From Sphyrna mokarran (taxonomy: Eukaryota): a stretch of DNA of 64,000 bases. Every line of letters starts with the position of its first letter. Positions within the stretch are counted from its first letter, which is position 1. The notes below the pieces were generated by a model, which did no database searches, was not told the DNA's origin, and saw nothing but the letters and a program-made list of their open reading frames with translations. Positions 28,501 to 38,625 of this stretch are shown piece by piece. The stretch is taken from NCBI GenBank assembly GCA_024679065.1, contig JAGIQG010000023.1, positions 9,920,001 through 9,984,000 of the forward strand. The letters are read 5' to 3'. Made by a program: the position numbers and the translations under genes.

Positions 28501-31500
28501 AACATGTTAAGCTTTGTCAAGTGATACTATTCTTAAAATTTACTGGGAAGTTAACTCTTGCTTTGATTACTTTGATTATTTGCAGATATTAATTTTAGTG
28601 ATGTGTAATGCAGTTGATAGAATCCCTGCAGTGAACAAGGAGGCTATTCGGCCCACCAACAATAATCCAATCCAGGCCCTATCCCTGTAACCCACACAAT
28701 TGACTCTGATTAAGGGGCGATTTAGAATGTCCAACTTACCTAACCTGCATATCTGTGGACTGTGGGAGGAAACTGGAGTACCCAGAGGAAACCCACGCAG
28801 ACATGGGGAGAACGTGCAAACTCCACACAGTCACCCAAGGTCGGAATTGAACTTGGGTTTCTGGTGCTGTGAGGCAGCAGTGCTAACCACTGTGTTACTG
28901 TGTCTCCCATAGACAAAGAGAGAGAGAGAGAGAGAGACAGAGAGAGGGGGGTATGGTAAACATCCCACATGACATTTGGTCCAATGCCCTAGAGTTAAAG
29001 GAATTGTTAATCTGAACACAGTTGAAGTCCTTGGTCAGAAAGTTGGACAGGCCACAGGTTGGGTTTGTGTCACATGAGTCGGATTACCCAAACTCTGCCC
29101 TCTAGTGGTGAGAGTTTGCATTGCCGCATAGCCTCAGGATATCAGAGCTGTCAATGTTTCCTCGCAGATAAAACATAGAGCAGACATTTCAGTGGAGAGT
29201 AATAAAGAAAATCACTCAGAAACGTACCATCAATTATTTGTAGTTTTACAGAAAATAATTCATCGGGTCCAGATCTATCAATTCCACAGCTGTACCAACT
29301 TGCATCGCTTGACTGAAGATTCTCCATAGTAACCACAAATTTTCCTTGTGAATTGTTATCTGTGATTGACATTCTTCCTTGCCGTCCACCTGGATCACTT
29401 GTTCTGACTAAATATGAGCAGAGATGATTTGAACCTTTGCACCAATATTTCATGTTTTCCCTGAATTTCCCTGCGTCATAGTGACAATTTATTGTGATCG
29501 TTCTTCCCAAAATTCCTGTTATTTTCTTTTCTGCCTGCAATGCACCTGAAACTGAAGAGACAATATTTCAGAAATTGAACTAGAAGTAGCTGCTTAAGAC
29601 AAACAGATCCATTTTAATAGAAATTCCCACTGTGTACCGAGGGAATACTTCACCACATCTTCAAATGCAGTGAAATTCCTTCAAGTTTTTGATCTAAGAA
29701 AATATTGCAACTTCTCACAGCCTCAGGATGCGACAGAGCATTTCACAGCCAATGATTCACTTCTGTAACCTTTGGGGTATTTTAACTTTCTTGATCCGAT
29801 GGTAGCAATGGATATTGAGAGAGAAAGGAGAACCTTGAAATCAGTGTTGTATCACATACTGTGAAGTTTAACTTCATTGCATGTGTGAGATGTCACTGAC
29901 TGATTGACTGTCATCGCTTCCATATGGGTGGGAACATTCTGGAACAGAGCACAGGACCAAATCGGTCTCTATTCATCCCGCAGAGTGTGGAATGTGGTTG
30001 AGTTGCAGAAGGCCCGGGGTTAGGAGTGGATTTGGATTCTGGTTGGATGTGGGACTGGAGGCCTCAGAGTTGGGGCAGTGATGAATGTCTTTGGGAGAAT
30101 CGATGGGTTTTGTGGTGGGCAGGGGAGGGTGTTGAAGAATGAAGGCCAACTGCTTGGATTGTGATATTGTTGGCTTCATGGGTAAGTTGGGGTAGATCGG
30201 GAGTGTCGATATATAATATATATATATATGGGATTTCTGATTGCATTGGAGTTGCCCAGGCAATCGCAGTAGATTGTGAATGCATGTGGCTGAGGCATAA
30301 AATAAAAGCCCATGGAATTGGAGGAAATGTGTTAGCATCAATTGAAGACTGACTTTTCAAAGGAATTGGAATAAGTGTGTCTAATTCGGAGTGGAGGTAC
30401 CACAGGAAATAGGTCTTGGCCAGTAATCATTTATTATTTACATTAATGACCTGGAGGAGGGAACAGAATGTATTGTTTGCAAATTTGCTGATGATATGAA
30501 GACAGGTGGAAAGGCAGATTGTGATGAGGATATTGCGATTCTGCAACAGAATATAGATAGATTGAGTGACTGGGCAAAATCTAGCAAATGAATTTTAATG
30601 TGGGCTGGTGTTGAGGTCATGCATTTCAGTAGGAGGAATCAAAAGGCAAGTTATTACCTAAATTGTGAGAGACTGCAGGTGAGTGAAATAAAAGTTTTTA
30701 AATGTTATTTATTAGTGTCACAAGTAGGCTTACATTAACACCGCAATGTGAAAATCCTGTAACCATCACACTCTGGCCCCATTCACGTACACTGAGGGAG
30801 AATTGAGCATAGTCACTGCATGTAACCAGCACATCTTTCAGATTGTGGGAGAATCATAGAAACCCTACAGTGCAGAAGGAGGTCATTTACCCCATCGAGT
30901 CTGTACAGGCAAAAGTTACATCCTAATCCCTCTAACATGCACATCCCAGGACATCACGGCACAATTTTGCATGGCCAAAGAGCCTAACCTGCATATCTTT
31001 GAACTGTGGGGGGAATCCAGGGCACTCTAAGGAAACCCACGCAGACACAGGGAGAATTTGCAAACTCCACACAGACAGTGACTCAAGCCAGGAATCGAGC
31101 CCAGGTCCCTGGCACTGTGATGCAGCAGTGCTAACCACGATGTCACTGTGACTTGGGTGTTTGAGTACATGAATTACAAAAGCTAACAAGCAAGTCCAAT
31201 GAATACTTAAGAAGGCAAACAGCATTTTGGTATTTGTTGCAAACAGGTTGGAGTTCAAACATAGGAGGTTTTGCTGTAATTGTACAGAATAGTAATGCAT
31301 ACAATTTTGGTCCCTTTACCTTTAAAAAGATATAGTAACATTGGAGGCAGTTCAAAGGAGATTCACTAAGTTAATTCATGGGATGAGAGGGTTGCCCATC
31401 AAGAGAGATTAAAGAGTCTGGCTCTGTATTCCTCGGAGTTTAGAAGAGTGAAAAATGAACTTATTCAAACATATAAGATCCTAAGGGGGCTTGACAGGAT

Positions 31501-34500
31501 GGATGGTCAGATGTTTTTATGAATTGGAGAGACTAGAACAGGGGGACATAGCTACAAAATAAAAACTGAAGTGCATAGAAATTTCTTCTTAAAGAGGTGG
31601 TAAATCTCTAGATTCTTTTGTCCCAAAACGATAATTGAGGCTCGGTCATTTGAAGTATTCAAAGAAGAGCTCAATGAGTATGAGTATGATAGATGAAGAA
31701 GTAGATGGCTATGGGAAATGGCACAGAAAAGAAGTTGATGGAGGCATTGATCAGCCATGATTGCATTGAATGGCAGGGCAGGCTTGAAGGGTCTGGGGGC
31801 TTCTATTTGTAGTGTTTTTTTTTAAATCCCTAAACTAATCCCAGTTGACTCTTTTGGCCTATAGCCATACCCATCTAACTATCTAAATACCTTTTAAAAG
31901 ACAAAATTGTAGCTGCCTTTATTACTACCTCTGGCAGTTTGTTCCAGTCATTCATCATCCTCTGTGTGAAAAAATTGCCCCTTTGGACACTTTTGTATCT
32001 GTCCTCTCTCAACTTAAACCTATGCCTTCTAGTTTTAAATTCCCCTGCTTTGGGAAAAGATACTGACTCTCTATCTTGTCTATGCCCATCGTTATTTTAT
32101 AGGCGTCTATAAGGTCACCCCTCAGCCTCCTACACTCCTGAGAAAAAAGTCCCATTCTGTTCAGCATCGCCTTATAGTTCAATTCATCAAGTCCCAGTAG
32201 CATTCTAATAAATCTTTTCTGCATTCTTTCTAGTTTAATAATATTGTTTCTATATTAGGGTGACCAGAATTGCACACAGTATTCTAAGTGTGGCCTTACC
32301 AATGTCTTGTACAAATTCAACAAGGTGTCCCAACTCCTGTATTCAATGTTTTGACTGATGAAACCAAGCATGTCAAATGCCTTCTTCACCACTCTGTCCA
32401 CCTGTGACTCAAGGAGCTATGAACATGTATCCCTAGATCTCTTGGGAAGAGTGTAACTCTTCCCAACACTCTACTACTAACTGAGTAAGTCTTGCCTGGT
32501 TCAATCTACCAAAATGCATTACCTCACATTTGTCTAAATTAAACTCCATCTGCCATTTGTCAGAGCCCTGGCCCAATTGATCGAGATCCCGCTGCAATTG
32601 GAGATAACTTTCCTCACTATCCACCATGCCACTAATCTTAGTGTCATCTGCAAACTTACTAACCATGCCCCTTATATTGCCATCCAAATCACTAATTTAA
32701 TGACAAATAACAGTAGGTCCAACATTGATCCCTGAGACACACCACTAGGCACAGGCCTCCAGTTTGATAAATAACCCTCTACAATCACCTTCTGACTTCT
32801 GTCAAGAAGCCAATTTTGTATCCATTTAGATACCTCACTCTGGATCCATGAGATTTAAATTTCTGCAACAACCTACCATGGTGGTATCTTGTCAAAGGTT
32901 TTGCTAAATCCATGCAGACAACATTAACTGCACTGCTCTCATCTAACTTCTTGGTTACCCCTTCAAAAAATTCAATAAAATTTGTGAGACATGATTTTCC
33001 ATTCACAAAGCTATGCTGACTTTCCCTAATCAGTCCTTGATTTCTAAATGCCTGTAGGTCTTGTCCCTCAAAATACCTTCCAACAATTTACCCAGCACAG
33101 ATATGAGGCTAACAGGCCTGTAATTCTCAGGCTTTTCGTTGCAACCTTTTTTAAACAAAGGCACAACATTTGCCATTCTCCAATCTTCAGGCACTTCACT
33201 TGTGACTATCCATGATTCAAATATCTTGGTTAGGGGATCTGCAATTTCCTCCCTAGCCCCCAACAATGCCCTTCTCAGGCACTACAGATTTATCTATCTT
33301 GATGCACTTTAAAACTTCCAGCATCTCCTTCTATCTTCTCAGTTCATATCCCTCTATTTCCTTCCTATTCACATATCCATTCAGATACCTCTAATATGTT
33401 GCTAATCTGCTTGTTTCCACAATGTCCTCTGGCAGCACTTTCCAGATACCTATCACCTTCTGCATGAAAAACTTCCCTGCAATTTTACTTAAACTTTCCC
33501 CCTCTCACCTTGAACCTATGCTCCCTGGTAATTGACATTTCCTCGTTTGGAAAAAGCCTCCACCTTGCCTGTGTCCCTCATAATTTTGTAGATCTCTATC
33601 AGGGTTCCCCTCAGCCTCCATCTTTCCAGTGAAAATAATCTGCATTTATTCAATCTCTCCTCATAAAAAACACCCTTAAGATCAGGCAACATCCTGGCGA
33701 AACTTTATTGCATTCTCTCTAAAGCTTCCGCGTCCTTCTGATAATGTGGTGACCAGTTCTGGAAGAGGAGCAGCCTCAAGAGGATGAAGGGACTTGAACC
33801 GTTATCAGACGAATGACTCTGCTGCGTGAGGAACTTTCCAGGTGGGGGAATATTTTACACTGAAATGGTGAATTTAAAACAAGGGAATGAGACAGAGAGA
33901 AGAAAAGAAAATGAGAAGAGTAGTTCTGTTCAGAAAAAGGAAGTATTAAAAAGAGGAAGATTGTTAACGGACAGATGCACGTCAGTTGAATGTGCAGAAG
34001 CACGTAAAATACTCTGCACAAATTGGTAAACCAAAGGTGTTAATTTTATTTGGAATTTTGATTAAATAGAAGAGTTATTAAATAGAGTCAAGATCTGGAG
34101 TCTTCTGAGAGTCTAACATTACTGGATAGAACGTTTATTTATCAGAAGTGCTAGCATTGATCAAAAATTCCACTGCAGTCTTATTTTAAAAGATTAACAT
34201 AGAGTAAGATTGAAACATCAAGGGAGAATTGTTTAATCTAAATGAGTGAGGAAAAAAAATCATCACACATTGGAAGGGAAATATAGATCAACAATCTACC
34301 AGTGTGCTATAAAGTCTTATTTTAAATAGAGCACTTTCAACAGCAGAAGCAATTGTAAATTTGTGACATGTTCCGTTTGAAGATTATTCACAGTCTAGTT
34401 TTCAATATCATTTATATTAGACATCACTTTTTACAGATTAAAGCAGATTATTGGTGTTTAGTAAGTCCTTATCTAGCTTTTTAAATAACTAAATATTTTC

Positions 34501-34775
34501 CTGTTTGCCAATCACAGTTCATAATAAAGTTAGCTGTATATGAACAAACATGTCTGTGTTACAATAGTACAGTTGAAAGGGAAACAAGACTTCACACAGA
34601 TATCATCCATTTATTCCTGCCCAGCTTCTTGTGCCTTTACAAGTCTCCAAGTATTGAAACATTTCTGTGATATAACCTGTAGTTGCAGGTTAAACTAACA
34701 CTGATTACCTAGACTAAGCAGCTCTGGCTTTTACTCACCTGGCAGAGAACAAATGACCAGAATTAAAATCCACAT
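10263..34775 (-). CDS. Gene A: CD300/pIgR-like (MDIR-like) inhibitory Ig-superfamily receptor, 7 exons, 409 aa; join(34775-34739,29551-29228,26622-26299,21480-21387,19277-19189,13008-12956,10571-10263)
   Basis: All six introns are GT-AG with compatible phases (1,1,1,2,1,0). Exon lengths 37+324+324+94+89+53+309=1230 nt, open to TAG. Product is leader-IgV-IgC2-stalk-TM-tail with tyrosine motifs. Confidence 0.88.
10750..10975. mobile_element. Penelope-like terminal repeat in inverted (hairpin) arrangement with decayed hammerhead cores
   Basis: AAAGTCCAACAGGTT...AACCTGTTGGACTTT arms; TTGAAGA-AGGAGC-AAT-GCTCC-AAAA is a mutated CTGATGA...GAAA core; terminus shared with 56050-56093 and 20500-20540. 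Confidence 0.65.
12465..12812 (+). mobile_element. tRNA-derived SINE (second family, LINE-derived tail)
   Basis: GGTGGCACAATGG...GGGTTCGGATC head; about 350 bp shared with the copies at 19635 and 56098. Confidence 0.8.
12956..13008 (-). CDS. Gene A exon 6, juxtamembrane cytoplasmic exon (DTNGNEFHRKDKTLNDNR)
   Basis: Acceptor cttttcag, donor CGG|GTAAGA. 53 nt supplies exactly the phase 1->0 change needed between exons 5 and 7. Confidence 0.75.
14567..14860 (+). mobile_element. HE1-like V-SINE
   Basis: A/B boxes, V core, tail. Confidence 0.85.
14870..15990 (-). mobile_element. Possible highly decayed L1/Tx1-like LINE remnant
   Basis: Minus-strand text resembling a C-terminal C..C...H.FW.C....FW knuckle near 15330-15420 and a coiled-coil-like stretch near 15780-15950; heavily broken. 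Confidence 0.25.
16510..16915 (+). mobile_element. CR1 LINE 3' fragment
   Basis: SYEERLRDLRLFSLERRRLRGNLIETYK...FFTQRVV; (GTTCTAT)n tail. Confidence 0.88.
17690..18170. repeat. Low-complexity tract: GAT/GAG-rich, short (GTTGAACCGAAA)n tandem and C-rich run
   Basis: Imperfect 12-mer repeats at 17833-17875; poly-C/CCA stretch at 18070-18170. Confidence 0.6.
19189..19277 (-). CDS. Gene A exon 5, transmembrane segment (VIYIVLAVLGAILIMLTVSLLLYLKKVNK)
   Basis: Uncharged 24-aa hydrophobic helix followed by basic stop-transfer residues. Acceptor taccacag, donor AAG|GTGAGT, phase 2-1. Confidence 0.9.
19355..20110 (-). mobile_element. Deu-domain SINE (SacSINE1/AmnSINE1-like), interrupted by a younger SINE at 19635-19982 (+)
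   Basis: GCAGCCAATTTGCGCACAGCA...ACCAGATAATCTG before the insertion and CACCTCTGACAGCACAGC after it; colinear with the copy at 44378-44810. Confidence 0.6.
20398..20540. mobile_element. Short Penelope-like inverted terminal repeat
   Basis: AGTAAGAAGTCTCATAACACCA ... TGGTGTTGTGAGACTTCTTACT arms; same family as 10750 and 55316. Confidence 0.7.
21387..21480 (-). CDS. Gene A exon 4, Ser/Thr/Asn-rich stalk (GPEYSCPDSSTVSTNTNIHHNENQNQTLRFT)
   Basis: Acceptor ttttaacag, donor AAG|GTAAAA, phase 1-2. The G-x-EYSC start is shared with the gene B stalk exon. Confidence 0.85.
22990..25168 (+). mobile_element. Rex1/Babar-type LINE, 5'-truncated and degenerate, with an unrelated insert near 23740-23930
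   Basis: KPW.N...AKRQY..KLE...WQGL, FNLSLQQSEVPICFKK, LLFINYSSAFNAI, KFADD; (AAATC)n tail at 25148-25168. Confidence 0.88.
25780..26160 (-). mobile_element. CR1 RT fragment
   Basis: QMEYNVGNCEVMHFGR motif. Confidence 0.75.
26299..26622 (-). CDS. Gene A exon 3, IgC2 domain of FcR-like (FCRL/PECAM-type) class
   Basis: EPVSVLEL...VSVSCESVQGSIPIEYTWY...QYYCTASNNQG...SEMVTV. The C-x4-GS-x-PI-x-Y-x-W and YYCxAxN motifs are typical of FCRL-type domains. Acceptor cccacag, donor G|GTAAGT, phase 1-1. Confidence 0.92.
26925..27135 (-). mobile_element. Short tRNA-derived SINE (third family); further copies at about 53275-53495 (+) and 46020-46135 (+, partial)
   Basis: TAGCTCAGTTGG...GGTTCAATTCC head on the minus strand; body matches 53275-53495. 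Confidence 0.75.
27444..27735 (-). mobile_element. HE1-like V-SINE
   Basis: Head, V core and tail on the minus strand. Confidence 0.8.
28616..28908 (-). mobile_element. HE1-like V-SINE with adjacent (AG)n microsatellite (28916-28946)
   Basis: Head, V core and tail on the minus strand; AG repeat visible. Confidence 0.85.
29094..29111 (-). promoter_or_regulatory. CTCF-binding consensus
   Basis: Minus strand reads CACCACTAGAGGGCAG, a near-perfect match to CCACYAGRKGGC, in apparently non-repeat intron sequence about 120 bp downstream of the gene A V exon. Confidence 0.5.
29228..29551 (-). CDS. Gene A exon 2, IgV domain of CD300/pIgR/TREM type
   Basis: VSGALQAEKKITGILGRTITINCHYD...KYWCKGSNHLC...GRMSITDN...FVVTMENLQSSDASWYSCGI...VKLQIID. 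Has the CxY, KYWC-x6-C extra disulfide and DxxWYxC motifs. Acceptor tctcttcag, donor G|GTACGT. Confidence 0.93.
30280..31810 (+). mobile_element. Degenerate CR1 ORF2 interrupted by V-SINE copies (30695-31147, -)
   Basis: KIKAHGIGG, YINDLEEG..KFADD, and C-terminal text resuming after the SINEs. Confidence 0.8.
31855..33760 (-). mobile_element. Degenerate CR1 ORF2 (31855-33330) plus a second CR1 3' fragment (33340-33760)
   Basis: VPEDWRMANVVPLFKKG, GKSCLTN, SKFADDTK, RRLRGDLI motifs in successive short ORFs. Confidence 0.88.
34739..34775 (-). CDS. Gene A exon 1, signal peptide MWILILVICSLP
   Basis: ATG, hydrophobic leader, donor CAG|GTGAGT, phase 1; joins in frame to VSGAL of the V exon. Confidence 0.85.
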
Positions 34776-34870
34776 CGTTTTGTTGGAGATCAGGTCACTG
34801 CTTATTGTTAGTCACCCAGCTCCTGTATCTCATGTTGAAATAAATCTCAGAAATAAAAGGACAAAGAATT

Positions 34871-34900
34871 AGAAGGGGAAGGAGATAGCAGGAAGTTAAA
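34871..34900 (-). promoter_or_regulatory. Putative proximal promoter of gene A: ETS/PU.1-type (CAGGAAGT) and GATA (AGATAG) motifs
   Basis: Adjacent AGATAG (34883-34888) and CAGGAAGT (34889-34896) about 110-120 bp upstream of the ATG, a typical leukocyte promoter arrangement. Short motifs, so chance occurrence is possible. Confidence 0.35.
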
Positions 34901-35579
34901 TGACCGTAAACCGTCTGATGAAATAAGGACATCAGAACAAGAAACAGGAATCGCCCACTCTGCCCCATCAAACCTGGTCTATCATTCAATACAATCATTG
35001 GTCACCATTTTCCTTAACCCCAGGTTTCTGTCCTCTTCCCAAACCCCTTGATTACCTGTGAGGTTAAATCTCTGTCTGTCTCACTCTTAAGTATTGTTGG
35101 AATTAATCATCATTTTTTTTTGAGACAGACAGATTACAAAAGAAAAATAAGGCAGAAAACAGAAAAGGGAAGCGGAGAAAGGAAACAGATGGAATGTCTA
35201 CAGCGTTCTGAGGTAGCCAATATTGAAAGTCTCACATCCCTTTGAGTGAAATAAGTTTTCATTTCATTTCTAAATGATTGGTCCCTTATTGTAACTCTCT
35301 GTCCCATCAATCCCTTACGTCTCTTCAGAATCTAATAGGTTTCAATCAGGTCACCCCCTTGTTCTTCTAAACTCCAGAGAGTATTTTTTTCTTTATTCAT
35401 TGATGGGATGTGGATGTTGCAGGCTGGGTCAGCATTCATTGTCCTCCCTAATCACCCTTAAAGTGAGTGGCTGACTAAGCCATTTCAGAGAGCATTGAAG
35501 TATCAATCCATCTCTGATGGCCTGGAGTCACTTCTAGGCCAGACAAGGTAAGAAGGGCAGACTTCTTTCCCTATAGGGT

Positions 35580-37580
35580 ATGAAGCAGATAGGTTCACTG
35601 CAGTAGGATGGAAAAATACCACGGTGAGAATGGTGGTAAGATTCTGGCCAATGTGGCAGTGAAGAAAGCCACACGGAGTGTTAATGGACTGGTACCAGAG
35701 GCTTAAAGACAATAGGTTAGAGCTGCAATGAAACAATCTGGACAGACTTACATTGATTGAGAGAGCAAAGGAGATTTCTGCGTTTGTGACATCACGAGGA
35801 TTTTATAAATTTAAGATAAAGCCATTCAAGATGAAGAATGCTCCAACAACTTTTCAGCAGCACAGGAAGCGGGTAATTGGAGGATTGAGTCACTATGACT
35901 AGACGTTGATGATTTGATGGTATTTAATGGGAGTTGGAATGAGCGTTGTGCCATCTCAAGGAACTGTTTGACAACTTATAAGCCAAACTTGTGATAAACC
36001 AAACAAAAAGTGAATTTGCTCAGGCCCAAATTTCCTGTCTGGGACACAGAGTGGGAGATGGTCAAATGGCCCCACAGGCCTCAAAAGCACAGGTCATTTG
36101 GAGTTTTCTAAAACCACCAATCAAAAAGGAATTCGAAGCTTTCTGAGCATGAGTAGATGCTATTGCAAGTGCATTCCAAATTTTAGCAGCAAGGTAACAT
36201 CACTCACAGAGCTGTCAAAAAAGAACAAGCACTTTATCTGGACGGAGGACTGCCAAACAAGCAATCAACCATTTGAAAACAGCACTGGTGACAAACCCAG
36301 CATTAGCAACACTCAACTATGACAAACAGCTCAAACTAGCAGTGGATGCCAGTGACACTGGGATAGGATTTGTGTTATTGCAGGAAAACTGACTTTGCTT
36401 TGAGAAATTGATGGATATTTCTTAAGAAAGTTAAATCACCATCAACAAAAGTATTGGACAATTGAAAAAGAGAGTTTAAGCCTGATGCAGGCATGAATAA
36501 CATTTCTAGATTCATGTTGTCAGCAACGCAGCGGAGACAATTTTATGCACAGATCATAACTCTTTAAAGTTCCAGAAAAAATTCAGAGACTGGAAATCCA
36601 AATTATTCCGATGGAGTTACTTTCATGTGGCCATGAGAAAAAGCGTCATTGTTGACGCATTATCCCGAGTGTAAAAGAGATTTCCGGGAACAGTTGGTGT
36701 ATGTTTATGGGATTTCCTCAATGTTAATGCATGTTTTTGAATGTTACAATATTTAATAAGATAGCACAAATACGAAAAAGATTAAGAAATGAAAGTCTTT
36801 CAAATGAAGTTATTTCATTTTCAAAAATGGGGGACGTGTCATGAATGTGCCAACAGGTTAGAAACCAACAGTATTTCAAAAGGTATTTCACAGGATGTGA
36901 AGTTGAAGGGTCAGACAGACAATATATCTTCAGAAGAAAATAGTGATATAATTGGCAGCCTTTTTCTGGAAGCAGGAACATTACCCAACTAGCAGAATCA
37001 GGCGCAGAGTTCAGCTCGTAGCCTGTAAGCCGGTGCATGTTGCCAGACCAGAAGCAAGACTACAGCAAACCTTTGTGGAGACTGTTAAAACCTATATCTT
37101 CTCTGAACCAAGAAGAGATGTTCCCCAAAACAACTATTCAATTATATAGTGTATGGTAACAAAAAGCTGGCTTTTTCTTATAGGTAGATTGAATTGGATG
37201 TTGTTAGAAGAAATGAGGATAGTCTGGTATGAAAAGACTAATAAAATCAGGGTAAGTTAATTTAGAAATGAGTATGATGCAGAAAAGGTATGACATACTG
37301 GAAGTACAAAGGTACAGATGCACAGAACCACATATAACCACTGTAGGGATTTTAAATATGTATTTTTAAAGAATTCTGTATGTCTTGGCCAAATACGGTC
37401 TGCCTCAAGGCATAATAGAATGAAAGATAAGTGAGATGAATCATATTCTTTAAGAACAATCCAGTCATAGAGCATAGTCTTGATCAGGATAGTTCTCAGA
37501 CACTTTGTGAATGGGACAATTCATTTAGTGCTGATAAGGGATGCTGAGTCGACAACGCTTGAACTTTGTGAAGTGACAGT
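35580..37580 (+). mobile_element. Degenerate Gypsy-superfamily LTR element (RT-RNase H end, PPT, LTR starting at 36837; right end uncertain)
   Basis: AFVT..G.YKF...PF.MKNAPTTFQ, LAVDASDTGIGFVLLQE, TIEKE, TDHNSL, VIVDALSRV*; purine tract AAAAATGGGGGACG then TGTCATG. Confidence 0.75.
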
Positions 37581-38101
37581 GAAAAAAAAAACCTTTGAAC
37601 TTTGTTTTTATATAATTGAGGTTGCTAAGAATCAACTGGATGGAAACGTCTGGATTCAATGGCCCAATGAATACTCATGTTGCCAGAGAGTAGGATGTAA
37701 TTGGTCAAGGTAAATAAGCTACATTAACATTATTGATCCATCTATTAAGATGGACAGAGTAGGTTGGCGGATGGTTTCTGAAGTGTAATTACAAACTGTC
37801 TTGATAATTTAACTAGAATAATTTGATCTGTCTTAAATCATTCTCGCTCCATGGTAGAAACTGGGTCTGGGTCAATAAAATATATCGTCAATCAGAAACT
37901 ACAGCCTCCAACGAGTTATTTGCATTTGCTAGCTGTATTCACAAAGAGAAATCTTCTGCATGAAGCTAGCACAGTACAAAGCTCTCTGAAATACTCTTAC
38001 AGATGTTGTTTGGAAAGAGGAAAGTTCAGATCTAGTAAATATATTTCAGATCAGAAATAAAATTCCTGCTTAAACTGTGAGGTGTGTTTAGTAGTCTTGT
38101 A

Positions 38102-38625
38102 CATAGAACATAGAACATAGAACAATACAGCACAAACAGGTCCTTCGGCCCGCAAGTTGCGCCAATCACATCTACCAATCCACAGACCTATCTATAATCC
38201 CCTATCCTATTCTTTTCCATATACTCATCCAGAAGTCTTTTAAAAGACCCCAGTGAGTTTGCCTCAACAACCTCCGACGGCAGTCGGTTCCAATCACTCA
38301 CCATCATCTGAGTGAAAAACCTCCCCCTGACATCTCCTTTGTATTTGCTTTCCTGCACCTTAAATCTGTGTGCTCTCGTAGTGACCATTTCAGCTCGGGG
38401 AAATGTCTCTGAGAGTCCACCCTATCTATTCCTCTCAACATTTTATAAACCTCTATCAGGTCGCCTCTCAACCTACGTCTCTCCAGTGAGAAGAGTCCCA
38501 GCTCCCTCAACCTATCTTCATAAGGCCTGCCTCCCAATCCAGGCAGCATCCTTGTAAATCTCCTCTGTGCTCTCTCAATAGCCTCTACATCCTTCCTATA
38601 GTGAGGCGACCAGAACTGCGCACAG
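38102..38625 (-). mobile_element. CR1 LINE 3' fragment
   Basis: YEDRLRELGLFSLERRRLRGDLIEVYK; (CATAGAA)n tail on the plus strand. Confidence 0.9.
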
